From positions 64,854,001 to 64,918,000 of the forward strand of contig NW_024704743.1 of the NCBI RefSeq assembly GCF_018977255.1: 64,000 nt of DNA, written 5' to 3'. The position numbers were made by a program, and so were the translations under genes. The DNA is from Callorhinchus milii. Lineage: Eukaryota. Shown one piece after another: positions 35,201 to 49,646 of the stretch. The notes beneath the pieces are model-generated. The model saw nothing but the letters and a program-made list of their open reading frames with translations. It was not told the origin of the DNA and searched no databases. Position 1 is the first letter of the stretch, and each line of letters starts with the position of its first letter.

Positions 35201-38200
35201 AATGTTGCTGGGAGCCAAGGAGTATGGCTTCCGTCTTGTCCACAATCAGCTGCAGGAGGTTTGCACTCATCCAGACAAGCTGACAGAACATCGGCGGACC
35301 TGGAATTGATACTGGAGGAAGCAAAGTAGATTTGTGTGTCATTCACACACATGCGGACGTTTATCCCATGTCTGTGGATGACATCGCCAAGAGGGAGCAT
35401 ATAGATTAAGAAAAGAAGGGGGCCAAGGCTGGAGCCCTGGGGTATCCCACAGGTGACCGGGCGGTGGTGTGAGGAGAAACCATTTGCTGAGATGAAGAGG
35501 AGGTGGTTGGTTAAGTAGGACTTGAACCATGCAATTTGTGGTCCCATTAAGATGGATGAGGGAGGAGAGTCAGTGTCAAACGCGGCAGAGAGATGATAAT
35601 AATATTATCCAGGCGATGAAGGATGCAGAGGGAGCCTGTCACAGATAGAGAGGACCTTGTATATGATTTTGACAAGCGCTGTCTCTGTGCTGTAGGCAGG
35701 GCAAAAACCAGACTGCAGGGGCTCATGGATGGAGTGGAGGGAGAGGTGTGACCGAAGTTGACCTGCAACATTGTGTTCCAGGAGCTTAGCAGAGAAGGGT
35801 AGGTTGGAAATGGGACAGTAGTGTAAGTGATTAAAGGGACTGAGGTGTGTTTTTTGAGGATGGGTGTGATAATAGGGGGAGTGGAACTGAGCCTGAGGAG
35901 AGAGACTGGTTGACCGTGTCAGCCAGCAGGGTTGAACAGACAGGGAGGCTGACCAGCAGCTGAGTGGGGAGGGGGGGTTGAAGCAGCAGGTGGTAAATTT
36001 AATGCAGGTGATTGTGGTTGAGAGGGAGGAGGGAGAAATGGAAGCAAAAGAGTGTAAGGAGGGGGCAGTGGCAGGAGCGGCGGCGGGAGACGGCGTGTGG
36101 ATAGTCTGGGTGGGGTGGAAGGGGACATGGCGGGGAAAGGTGATGGGGGGAAGCCAAGCAGATGTTTTCAATCTTTGAGGCGAAGAAATCTGGGACTTCT
36201 TCGCACTTGGCATTTGATGTGAGATAGAGGAGGCTTGAGGGAGTGCACAGAGGAGTTGATGGATGGTGGAAAATAGTGCCTTTGTCGTAAATTGGCTGCC
36301 ACAATATACATAGTAATTCACTTTACAGTATATTCTATGAAGCTCAACAATGTGATAACAACAATAAAATTACATTAAGGTGCTACATCAAATGCAAGAA
36401 TTATTTATTTGTTTGTTTATCTATTTTTGCTGCTGATTTTGGAGCATTTTTGTTTGATTTGCCCCCACTGCACTTAGAATATGTACTTGTCCTACATACG
36501 CTGTGAATGGTTTTGATTCAGTATGTCCATTTGTCCTCTCTGCTGATTTGTTTTTGAGTAATTCTTCCCAGTCTAGACCATTTAGCTCTGCCCTCATAGC
36601 TATCATGTTTGCCCATCTAAATTTGCATACTAAAGTTTAGTTGAAATCCATCATCACCATTGTTAAGAGCTTTGAGACTCCGCCCTAATGTGGAGGGTGC
36701 TATATAAGTACAAGTTGTTGTTGTTGAAAGTTTGTGTTGTCTCCCAAGTCAGATTGAATATCATTGATCTATGGTCACTGTCATTTAGGCGGATCATCTA
36801 CTGCTGATCCCTGATTAGTGTCAGGGTCATTAATCGGCGATAGCATTGTGCACTCCCAGATACAGAGTCACTATAGAGATCCCCTCCCGATTCCCAATTC
36901 AGTTTCTTAAACACTTCTTAGTACTTAACAACAACAACAACTTGTATTTATATAGCGTGCTTCATGCGGGGTAGTGTCCCTGAGCTCTTTGCAGTTGACA
37001 ACGAGCCAGGGGGAGAGGTAGAGGGAGATGACTGTAAGCACGATCAAAAACAAAGGTCTACAGGCAGGATTTGAAGGTGGGGAGGGAGAGGGCAAGGTAC
37101 AGGGATTGAGGGAGAGAGTTCCAGAGTTTTGGGGTAGTGGCTGAAGGCACGGCCACTGATGGGGGAGCAGATGGGACGAGGGACAATCTGGAGCCTGGAG
37201 CCAGCCGAGCGGAGGTAGCAGGTGGTGGAGTGCGGGGTAAGCAGATTGGATAGGTAAGGAGGTGCAAAGGAATGAAGCGATTTGAAAACGAGTGAGAGGA
37301 TCTTGAAATCGACCCTTTTGGTCAGTGGGAGCCAGTGGAGTCTGGCAAGGACTGACGTGATGGGGTATGGAGCTTCATACGAGTATTTGGGCGGTGAAGT
37401 TTTGAATTAATTGAATTTTGTGTGTGGTGGAGTTTGGGAGATCAGCGAGGAGGGCATTGAAATAGTCCAGCCAGGAAGTGACAAGCTGCATTGGTTGTGA
37501 GGTACAGAGGGAGGCGGCTTATGTGGCGGAGGTGGAAAAAAGCGATCCTGGTTTTTGTTACTCAAATAAAAATTGCTGCTTTTTTGTTTTGTGCCAACAT
37601 TTACTTCACTCCCCGTTTAGTGAGGTATTAACCATTTGTCTTATAAACGCCTTGTCTACTTGAAATCTTCCCCAGTTACCTACTAATTTTTCTCCTGTAC
37701 ATAACCTTTGTAACCAGACATTAAAGTTGATTATCCTGCTGCGTTCTAACAGCTTGGCCTCCCTTCGCCGCATAGTCACCTGTGGCATTCCTCAGGACTC
37801 CATGCTCAGTCCTTTCCTTTTTGGGACCTATGTGCTCCCTCTTGGTGGCATCATCAGTAGTTGTGGGGTCCACTTCCACATGTACATAGATGCCACCCAA
37901 CTCCATCTCTCTGACTCTACCCTCAGCCTCACACACCCCAACCCAGGCTCCCAGACGGTTCTGTGATTGACCTTTGAGACGTCCTCCCAATGTGAAAGGC
38001 ACTATAGGAATGTCAAATTGTTGTTGCTCATTCTACTTATGATAATAATCTTGGCATTTGATTTAGCACCAATTATCATGTCACTCTTGTATCAGGTTGT
38101 AACGTATGTTGACAATATCAGATCTGTAACAAAAACATTTTTGTATAATGTCTGCAAACAAACTTAGGTGCCTGACTGGTCCATTTGGTAGCAGTGTTGC

Positions 38201-41200
38201 TTCTGCTTCAGAAGGTTGTGGGTTCAAGCCCTAGATTGGGACACTGAACTCACAAAGTTTAGGTTGACATTTCAATGCAGTATTGAGAACACTGCATTGT
38301 CAGAGGTGCCATTCTTTGGTTTAAATGTTACATCATGGTCACATCTGCTTATTTAGGTGGATGTTAAAGATTCCATTACACTATTTGAAAAGAGAAGGTA
38401 CCTAGTGTCTTGGCCAACAATCCCCCAGTTAAAAAAATTATGTTTGTGGGACATTGTTGTGCACAAACTGGCTGCTGCATTCGTCTACAAAATACAGTCA
38501 CTAAATATTTTCTGTAGACAATACAATTGGTTTATTTATTTGTATTGTTTAGCCTAGAATGCTTATGGGACATGGCTCCCCTTGTGTTTTTCCAGTATTG
38601 TACAGATTTCACTAGTATTTCTGAAAAGGTCACTAATATAAATGTAAATACTCCTGCAAACAGGAACATTTCCTGATCTGGGATGCTTACAGATTGCTGT
38701 CAATTTTTATTTCTTATCAGCCTTTCAGCAGCCGTTAGCTGAATCAGCAAAAGATTCATTGGAACAAAGTAACTTAATCCGATGAATGAAATGAATCCCT
38801 ACATATCTTGATTGGTGAAGTTTGTGGTTCATATTAATCTACATAAAAGCAATTTCTTTCAGAATCTGAAGGAAGTGACCAGAATTGCAATGTCCCTCAG
38901 AAACAATGTAAACAGATGAAGTATTTTGGTGATAATTGGAATCCCATTTACATTCCACAAATGAGGAGTTTGATTTTAAAAAGTCTAAATTAAATTAATT
39001 ACATAGACTGCATCTTATTTTTCATGAAACAAACATAAAGCCTCCCTAAGGAGACGGTTGAAGCAGGAAATTTTGATTCTTTCAAACACAGATTAGTTTT
39101 CTTTTGGAAATAACATCATGGGATATAGTACATAGGTAGTTTGGGACATATGTGCATGTGACCACAAGGAAGGTGGAAAGCGTACTAAATGGATCTTGTT
39201 TTTTTTTCGTTTAGCAATTCATATGTTCTTATGTACAGCTTTACCACAATCTGAAGATATTCTGGGTTTCTTCCGTGGCTATATAGTGCAATTCACCAGC
39301 AAGAGTCACAGATTCAGTATAACAGCAACAAGTTGGATTTATATAGTGTCCTTTGTTTACGTTGAATGTCTCAATGTGGGGAGTGTGCATGCTGTGGGAA
39401 GATTTTCCACTTCTTCATAAGGTATTGGCCCAATTTTAAAAAGTAAAGGTTTGAAGTTAAAAATCAGTTATCATAGGAGAAATAAAAATGTCTTTCATTA
39501 AATGTAACATACATAGCTGGACCTGGTTCTAGTAGGTGGGGGTGGGGAGAGGAGTAATACTTATGGAAGATTGTTACAGGTTTTTCTTGATATCATTCCC
39601 AAAGAAAGTGGTGGTTTAAATATCAATGTCATACACAAATGTTCATGTTTGGGCTGCTGTTAAATCTGTTATGCTCTCAACATTCAACTTGTAGAAAACT
39701 CTTTTATTCTCAGCTCACAACTTTCAAATCAAACAATCCAACCAAAAACCCTATAGTCAGTTCTTCCTGCTTCCTGCTTTACTGATCCCTTCTCATTGGT
39801 GCTTGTTAATTAGTCCTTATTTTCTTAAAGGATATCCAACATCTTCCCCTTTTTGGTTTCTTTTTTTCCTCTCGTGTCTCAATCTTGTTCAATTAATCTC
39901 TTTTTTACTATTAATAATAATAATCCTTGTATTTGATATAGTGCTTTTCACGTCGGGAGTCCCAATGCGCTTCACAGAACACACTGTAAAGTAAATTGAC
40001 TGTATATTTGTGGGCGAACGCGGCAGCCAATTGCGCACAGCAATGTCCCACAAACAGTCGTAGATTGAAAATGACCAATTTATTATTGTTTTTGTAGGGA
40101 TTATTATTAGGTGTGTGGAGTAAGGAAACTTGCCCAAGGTTTCACCCTGCCTGGAATTGAACTCAGGTCTCTCACTTAATAATAATAATAATAATCCTTG
40201 CATTTGATATAGCGCTTTTCACGTCAGGAGGACGTCCCAAAGCGCTTCACAGAACACACTTTAAAGTGAATTGACTGTATATTTGTGGGCGAACGCGGCA
40301 GCCAATTGCGCACAGCAATGTCCCACAAACAGTCGTAGATTGAAAATACCAATTTTAATTATTTTTTTTTTGTTTTTTTTTGAGGGATTATTATTAGGCG
40401 TGTGGAGTAAGGAAACTTGCCCAAGGTTTCGCCCTGCCTGGCAGGGCGAAACAAAGCGAGTGCTCTAACCACTGAGCTGCTGTTAAATCTGTTATGCTCT
40501 CAACATTCAACTTGTAGAAAACTCTCTTTTGTTTTCACTCAACTGTCTTATCATCAATATTTATGCTGTCTATCTCCTTGTCTCCTTGGAGTCCTGTAGC
40601 TCAGTGGTTAGAGCACTTGCTTTGCAAGTGAGAGACCTGAGTTCAATTCCAGGCAGGTCAGGGCGAAACCTTGGGCAAGTTTCCTTACTCCACACACCTA
40701 ATAATAATCCCTCCAAAACCAAGAACAATAATAAATTGGTCATTTTCAATCTACGACTGTTTGTGGGACATTGCTGTGCGCAATTGGCTGCCGCATTCGC
40801 CCACCAATATGCAGTCAATTCACTTTACAGTGTGTTCTGTGAAGCGCCTTGGGACGTCCTCCCGATGTGAAAAGCGCTATATCAAATGCAAGGATTATTA
40901 TTATTATTATTATGTTCTCAACGCCCAATGTGCAGAAAACTTTTATTCTCAGCTCACAAGTTGCAAATCAATCAATCAATCCAACCAATAAAAAAACCCT
41001 AGTCAGTTTTTCCTATTTTTCTACCTCCTGATCCCCTTTCATTGCTCCTTATTTTCTTAAAGGGTATCCAACAAAACCTAGTTACAATACTGTCTCCCTG
41101 GGATAATAATTTTAAAATATTGATGCCACCTGCTGCTTTGACCCCATCCCCACACTGGGTCTGGAACACTCTTATATCTGTCACTGCATTTGTTAGCTCA

Positions 41201-41771
41201 GTCTTTTATTTAGTGGATCTTTAACCGAGTTAATTCTCTTATCTCCCTATTTCGTGTGTTACATTCAAATGATCTTTGGCAACGTTTTAATTTTGTGTGC
41301 AAAGTTCATTGCATTTAACATAAACACTACGTTGCTGTCGCTGTTCCACTGAACAAGTTGCCCAGAGGCTGAGGATCGGATAAAGCGAGATTCGTGTTAT
41401 TGGCAAAGGGGGAATGTCTGTGGGATGTTGGCTGTGACTGGGAGTGAGGGATTGGCTGTGTGGGGGCTGTGTGGGTGGGAACTCGAGCCCCTTTATTAGG
41501 GGGGAAAACACTAACGGAAAGCTAGAAACTACCAGGTACATCACAGGGAAGCTTGTGCATAGCTCTGTCTGGGTATGTCTGTCTGTCTCTGTCTGTCTGT
41601 TTGTGTGTGTGTCTGTCTGTGTGTGTCTCTCTGTGTGTGTATCTGTGTGTCTGTCTGTGTTTGTATCTGTGTGTCTCTGTGTCTCTGTTTGTATGTGTGT
41701 GTGTTTGTATGTGTGTGTGTGTTTGTGTGTTTGTATGTGTGTGTGTGTTTGTATGTGTGTGTGTTTGTATG

Positions 41772-41825
<54 letters not shown>

Positions 41826-42963
41826 TGTATGTGTGTGTGTGTTTGTATGTGTGTGTGTGTGTTTGTATGTGTGTGTGTGTGTTTGTATGTGTGCGTGTGT
41901 TTGTATGTGTGTTTGTGAGTAGAGTTCATTCACAGCCGAACCAACGGTTTGTCAGCATTGCCAAAAAAATTGCCTCACCACCTGAAGTGAAGCAATCCAG
42001 GCTGTAACCCTGCAAGTTACACTGGTTGAAAGCACCGGATTACTTTGCATTAGAGAGGATTTAGTATCCTGTATTTATAGAACCAATGTGCTGAGCAGGT
42101 ACTGTGTGTGTGTGAGTGAGTGTTTTTAAATGAAGAGAAGGCGAGATTAGTGCAGAGTGTGTCAGGTGAGAGAGACCTGTGTGAGTGAGTTTGATCAGGT
42201 TGGGCGATGGGGATTTGAAATTGTGAACATCTGAACACGATATTAAGTGAAAGAGATGTTGTTATCGGTTGAGGAAACCCCTCTCTACCCATTATCAATG
42301 TGCAGTGTTGCAGCCCAGCCTGGCCAGCCCTGTGTGCTGGACATGCAGGGAGTGTGAGTGTAGCAGGTGTGTGTTGGACGTGCAGTGAGTGTGAGTGTAG
42401 CAGGTGTGTGCTGGACGTGCAGTGAGTGTGAGTGTAACAGGTGTGTGCTGGATGTGCAGTGAGTGTGAGTGTAACAGGTGTGTGCTGGACGTGCAGTGAG
42501 TGTGAGTGTAGCAGGTGTGTGCTGGACGTGCAGTGAGTGTGAGTGTAGCAGGTGTGTGCTGGATGTGCAGTGAGTGGGAGTGTAACAGGTGTGTGCTGGA
42601 CGTGCAGTGAGTGTGAGTGTAACAGGTGTGTGCTGGACGTGCAGTGAGTGTGAGTGTAGCAGGTGTGTGCTGGACGTGCAGTGAGTGTGAGTGTAACTGG
42701 TGTGTGCTGGACGTGCAGTGAGTGTGAGTGTAACAGGTGTGTGCTGGACGTGCAGTGAGTGTGAGTGTAACAGGTGTGTGCTGGACGTGCAGTGAGTGTG
42801 AGTGTAACAGGTGTGTGCTGGACGTGCAGTGAGTGTGAGTGTAACAGGTGTGTGTTGGACGTGCAGTGAGTGTGAGTGTAACAGGTGTGTGAGCGCCTCT
42901 TCTCTCCTCCCCTCCCTGTACAGAGTGTCCTCAGCTTGTCTCTATTAGCCAGAATAAAGCGCC

Positions 42964-43164
42964 ATGGACTACGAGGAATTCCGCACCAGAGGGAAGGAGA
43001 TGGTGGATTATGTGGTCGATTACCTGCAGTCCATTGAGGAGCGTCCCGTTTACCCGTCTGTGGAGCCCGGCTACCTGCGCCATCTCATCCCAGAGAGCGC
43101 CCCCGAGCAGCCCCACTCCTTCGAGGAGGTGATGAAGGATGTGGAGAGGGTGGTCATGCCAGGG
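42964..43164 (+). CDS. DDC: Aromatic L-amino-acid (dopa) decarboxylase family, coding exon 1 (201 nt)
   Basis: GCCATGG start; MDYEEFRTRGKEMVDY...VEPGYLRHLIPESAP...DVERVVMPG|gtgagc; pyrimidine tract and acceptor just upstream. Confidence 0.93.
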
Positions 43165-43692
43165 GTGAGCACAGGCAGACCCTTCACTGTTGCAACATGC
43201 CTTATCCTTGCCCCCAGACATTTAAAGCCCATTTACTAATAATACTTATTTATTATTACAGTATTATTGTTATTACATTTAAAACCCATTTACAGTCTTA
43301 TTATTTTTATTATTGTTATTAATACAAATTCGATGCAACACAATTACTTTGCATTGGGGAGGATTTGAAATTTTGAACATCTTCCATCACCCCTTAACCA
43401 ACATAGAATGTAAAGTGTTTGCTGTTGAGATGACTTAAAATAAAACTTTTTAGGGTTTAAAATAAAACACGGAAGAGCTGAGCTGCCTGATATTCTTTAT
43501 TTAAACTAAATTAATTGCAGGTCGACCTGAGCCAAATGGAACATTGCTTTAATGTGGTTGTGATATTCAGCTAAATGTGTAATAAGATTAAAAAGCAAGT
43601 CTGTCGAGAGTTTTTAAAAACTGCGTCAATGTGAGTTTTGCGGTCTTAAAGGCTTTTGAAATGATATATTTTTTAAACATTTATTGTTTCAG

Positions 43693-43806
43693 ATAACTCA
43701 CTGGCACAGTCCACATTTCCATGCCTATTTCCCCACGGGAAACTCCGTGCCGGGTATGCTGGGTGACATGCTCTCCAATGCTATCAGCTGTATTGGCTTT
43801 TCCTGG
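43693..43806 (+). CDS. DDC: DDC coding exon 2 (114 nt)
   Basis: ag|[15 protein letters not shown]...CIGFSW|gtaag. Confidence 0.93.
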
Positions 43807-45317
43807 GTAAGAATTTTAGAGTGCATATTGCACACGTTTAAACATTCCTGTTAATAAAATTGCATTGAGACACTGAAATGCCGAATTCATGTATTGGAAA
43901 GGAGAGCAGTTTTGTAATTCCAGATTATTCAATCCAGCAGGCTTGTAATGTTTTTCTCAGGTTAGCTTGAATTTGTAGCTATCCATTAATTTAAAGAGTT
44001 GCAAAACATTTATTTGTTCATCGATGTTTTGTAGAAATAAATTTACATTCATCCCAATGTCGATATGTGCAAATATCAGATGATCATATGAAATACATGT
44101 ACAGTGCTCACTAACAGCTACAGTATTATTGCTATAGCAACAGTGTTCTGATGTTTACTAATAATACTTATTTATTATTACAGTGTTAATGTTACATTTA
44201 AAGCCTATTTACTAATAATACTTATTTATTATTACAGTATTATTGTTATTACATTTAAAACCCATTTACAGTCTTATATTTTTATTATTGTTATTAATAC
44301 AGATTTGATGCTATAACAATACTGTAATAATAAATAAGTATTATTAGTAAACATCAGAACACTGTTGCTATAGTGCAACCTAGGCACCAATGCAGTGCTG
44401 GGGAAGCCCTGTATTATCAGAGCTGCAGTCCTTCGTGCGAGACGTTAACCAAGGTCCCTGTTCAAGTGGATGTTAAAAAAAAATCCCATAGCACTATTCA
44501 AAAAGAAAAATAGAGTTTTCCTGGTGACCTGGTCAACAATTCCTGAGATAATTGGTTCATTCAATATTATAATAATAAAAAAATTGCATTTCACATCTTG
44601 TCTCAAAGTGTTTCACATAATTTACGATAAACTGTATTTTTCGGTGAATGTATCCATGGCTGTTCTTGAGACATTGCTGCCCATACAAAGTACAGTTCCT
44701 AAACTTCACGGTCAAATTACTGTGAAGTGCTTTGAGACCTTATGCTGATGTGATAAGGTGCTATATCAGATGCAATATTATTATATATGCTCATTTGCCT
44801 ACAAATAAACAATCAATACTCTTCACGGAAACTTTTGAGAAGTGCTTCCCCAATTTGCCCACAAAATATATACAGTCAATTCACTTTACAGTATATGCTA
44901 TGAAGCGCTTTGAGACATCTTGAAGACATGATAAGGCACTAATATCAAATGCAAGGATTATTATTAATTTCAACTATCTATGCAGCAAAATAATAATAAT
45001 CCTCCCAGTTCATATAGCGACTTTCATGTTTACTTTGTAAACAAATGCAGAAGCTAATTTGCACTCAGTAATGTCCACCAAACAGCCTTGAAGTGAATCA
45101 TCTATTTTACCTGAGGGACTGTTGATCAAGACACGAGGAGAAATTCCCTTTATTTTTCAAATAAAAATGAATAGTCTTGTGGTTAATTTTATTTTCACCA
45201 CAAATTGAGATCTTTAATTTTATTTTGAATGCTATGTTGAGAACAATGAAAAGTACAACTGAAACGATTTAGTGTTTAACTGGCAATGTGGTGCTGAATG
45301 TCTGAACCTCTCTTTAG

Positions 45318-45437
45318 GCTGCAAGTCCCGCATGTACAGAGCTGGAGACTGTGATGCTTGATTGGCTGGGGAAGATGCTGAACCTGCCCCATCAGTTCCT
45401 AGCTGGGACCAATGGAGAAGGCGGTGGAGTGTTACAG
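45318..45437 (+). CDS. DDC: DDC coding exon 3 (120 nt)
   Basis: ag|[40 protein letters not shown]|gtaag. Confidence 0.95.
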
Positions 45438-48400
45438 GTAAGAAAAACCTCATGGTAGTTTGTAATGATACTATTACATGCATACACAATGTCCCATCTG
45501 CCTGTTCAGGTAGACAATAAAGATCTGCCGTAGTGCTATTTGAAAAGAGAAGGGAGTTTCTCTCTCCTGATTGACAATCCCCGAAATAAAATTGGTCACT
45601 CGCTCGTTTGTGGAACATTGCTGTGCGCAACTGGCTGACCACAAAATACAGCTAATCTACTTTACAGTATATCCTTTGAAGCGCATTGAGGCATCTCAAT
45701 GACATGATAAGGTGCTGTATCAAACACAAGAATTATTATATACACTACTTTATTTGTTTAAATATGCAATGTGTAGCATTGAATTTTTTTGTATATAAAG
45801 GCAATCTAAAGCCTTAACCAATAGGGTGGTCCTAGCTGGAAAAGCAATGGGAAGCTTGCCAGACAGTATTCAGAATGAGGTTTTAGTTGATTACTCCCAA
45901 TGCACACTCTGGGATCCACAAGCTTTGGCCAACCTGGGGTTAATACTCTCCAGAATTAGATAAGCAGGGTGCTTCCCTCTAAACAAAAACTGCATTCTAT
46001 TCCAGACACAAGGAAATGAGTAGGTGGCATGCATTTATGGAATTCTCAGTCTGGTTTGGACACTCTTTAAACATGATGATGGGTTTCTACAAACACCTGG
46101 TTGACCAAAAAATGTCTGTTTACTCTTTTCAGTAAAGGAAATCAATATTATATCAGCTGCTGCATTTAAAGCCAAATAGATGTTATGTTATTAGAACAGC
46201 TTAGCTTCTTTCAACATTAGACTTATTCTACAGTCTAATTGACTAATTCATGTACTTTTTCTCAATGTATTACCTTAACACAGTTGATTTGCATAGATTA
46301 TTTCAGTGTAAATCTACCACCTTAAATTTTGGCAAATTTGAAGATTTACATTAAATTTACATTAATCTCTAGCAAAATAAGACATAATTTATTCAGTCCA
46401 TCAGTAACCTGGGTGTCCTCATATCATCCGAATAAACCTGCATTGCAGCCTTTCCAGTGCTGCTATATTCTTCTTGTAGTGTGCCAACCAGAATTGGATG
46501 CTATAGTCTAAATGTAGTCGAACCAAGGTTTTATACTCTATCCTTCTGGATGTAAAGCCCAGGACCCTTGGTAAGCTGTGATGTGTCCTTCCTCATGGGG
46601 TATTTTAATTGAACTTTTCTGACTAATTGAAAGATGAATGCATGTCAGACAAAGTCTTCCCTTTGGTGCAGAATTCTGGTTAATTGGGATAGTTTTACTG
46701 TAAATTGAACTACAGTGCCGTCTGTTATACCTACCTTATGGTTCGTATACCCTCACTGTGCTGCTTGCCCCTCTTCTAGGCAAACTCGGGTTTGCTGCGT
46801 GTTCCCACCCCATTATCAGTGGCGGTGCCTCAGCCACTATGCCCCACTCGTTGGAATTCTATCACTCAAGCCCCTGTTTCTTCCTCGCTTGATATATCTT
46901 CAAAAGCCGCTTAAAACCTAGTTCTTTGACTGTGGGAACCATCTCTGTAATAAAGCGCAGTCTCTGTGATCAAGCACTCCAGTCACTGGTTCAATGGTAC
47001 CACTTTCGCCTCTGAGTCAGAAGGTTGTGGGTTCAATCTCCATACCTAGACTTGAACTTGAATAGTCTAAGCTGACACTGCAATGTTGGCCTGGGGGTGT
47101 TTTGCATTGTCGTGGGTACAGTCCTTCGGACAAGGTCCTGTCTGCCCATTCAAATGAACGTTAAAAATCCCATGCCATTATTCAAAAAGAGAAGGGAGTT
47201 TCTCCCAGCGTCCTGGCCAACAATCATCCAAATAAAATTGGTCATTCATTTCATGGCGGTTTGTGAAACATTGTTGTGTGCAATTCGGCCGCATCATTCA
47301 CCTACAAAATACAGTTGATCTACTTCACAATAAATCTTGTGAAGCCTGAACCTATACATTTTTGACCCAGAAGCAAGCATCCTTGGCCACTAAGCCTAGC
47401 TAATTAATATGTAATAAGATGGTTGTTTTGCATTCCCCAAATGGCTTCTGGAAATAGTGGTAAAACCAGTGCAGTACTGGAACAGTGTGGAGCAGTTGAA
47501 TTAGTGATGGGCATGTGCTTTACCACGCTGAGGTTTTCCTTTTTCTTGTATAGACTAAGTGGAAAGGAAATCACTTTGTATATTAATCAAGTTTAGGACT
47601 TCTATTTGCTTTTGAATAGAAAATCTATGGGATCCAAAAACTTGCTTCATAATTAATAAAGGGCAAGGAGTTTCTCCTGGTGTCTTAGCTAACAACCCCC
47701 GGATAGAATAGTTCATTCGCTTCATGCCTGTTTGCGGGATGTTGTTATGTGTAGGTTGGCTGCCGTGTTTGTTTTACCGTAAACCAGGGTGTACAAATTG
47801 CATGCTTCTTTGGAGGCAAAGTTCAGTTAAGAACAGGACAGAGAACAAATGCATCTTTTGTTAAGGGCAATAAAAAATTACATTTGTATCTCGCCTTTCA
47901 CGTCAGGAGGATGTCCCAAGGTGCTGGACAGACACGGAACAAACACATGTTCTGTCTTGTAATGATTTTCACTCGTGATAATCATCACATCCCTCATGAC
48001 CCCCACCCTTCCCCATCATTGCCAAGAATTGATCTTGCAAAATGACTATTCTGTTGTTTGGGGAAAGTGGTTCAAGTGTTTGATTTTCAAGTCTTTAGCT
48101 GAGTACGTGAATTGTTTGCTAATTTCCTTGTGAGTCACACGCAGTTAAAGCAAACTCAGATAATGGAACTTTTGCTACAGTGATTAAAATGTATTTCTTT
48201 TGAGTAGGAAAGGCAATATCCGTTAGAAAATGGTGACATTTATTTTGAAAGCCCAGAGCCGAAACTTCACAGCATGTGAGGCATTCAGCCTCATTATTTG
48301 ATCTTTATCTGCTGCCAGCACAATTTTCTTTCTCAGAACCCTGTGATTACTTGCCATTTTATTGAGCACAAAATTATTTGATGCTCGTGAAAGCAAACAC

Positions 48401-49646
48401 GTTCTCGAAACTATATGAGATCTGTAGAGCTCTTAGTGACATTGATTTCCTGAATGCTACGAGCGGTGTGAATTCAATTTTGTGGTGACGTGCAATTTTA
48501 ATATCAGCAAAGCATGCCTCTGAATGTTATTTGGTCATCTGTCATGCCTTTATCACCTGGTGCTGAACAGACACAATATATTGGGACCAGTGATTGAAAC
48601 AGCACGAAGATGAAAGGAAAATGCAGCTGGAGATTTCTGATGAGTGAGAGGATCTACGTCAGCTTTCACAAATTTTCTTTTCTTTTTATGCACAGCTCTC
48701 CATGGCAACAAGTGCCTGCATTGTGTCTGCAGTTGAGTAAAGAGTATCTTAGCAATTTGGTATGAGTTTCCTTCTGCACTATCACAGTTTTAAGTAGCTG
48801 CGATGGACCCTGTTCTCTGTCACATAGACAATTTTGTCTAGGAGACCACATTTATATCTATAAAACTAGGCTCATGAGTTAGCCAAGCCAAAGCTGGATT
48901 GGCACAATGTATTCACACACTTGAAAGAAAGGATAGTAGGCAGTAGGTGTATATCTAGTATAACCACCCCTTTTGACACTAAAGAATTGATATTAAAACT
49001 TCATATTAACAATGATACCGAAAGTGTTCCTGAACTGCCTGACATATAACTTTGCGTCAGTTTAACTCTTGATTAGCCAATCGTGTAAGCGGAACCCATA
49101 ATATTAACAGTCTGCACCTCTGCTGACTCCCATATCTGATCAAAAGAGCTTTGTGAAAAGCAACTAGCTCTACAAATAGGTTTAACCCCTGACCTGTCAA
49201 AGAAGCATCATGGACTGAAGGGCACCATCTAAGATATTAAAATGGGTTATTTTATTCTGTGAGGGTTTAAGTCTTAAAAACATAATTAACAAACAATACT
49301 AGGTATGTTTAGATTGTATTCTCTAGTGACCTGCTGGTAAATTTACTTTTTAATGTGGTAGATTTATAAAAATAATTATCTTTCCAATTGACAGACCATT
49401 TTAATCATATCGTCCAAACCTGTCACCGTAAGTCCTACGAGACATTATTCTGTGTGAAGGATGCTATACAGATGAAAATTGTTGTTGCATCTAATTACTA
49501 CATGTTTAGCAAAAGCCAATAATGTATTAGGTTTGAATTCACACAAGGTTATGAATAATATTTTTATATTATATATGAATATATGAATGAGGAAAAATAT
49601 GAATTATTTGTGTAATCAAAGCTAAATTGTGGTTATTTATCATTTG

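Larger units (their letters stand above)
24751..45263. repeat. Copy B of the ~20.5 kb duplication (repeats all LINE, SINE and satellite features of copy A)
   Basis: Starts at TGGGAACTCTCTCAG (= 4130) and matches copy A through AAGTACAACTGAA (= 24633). Confidence 0.97.
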
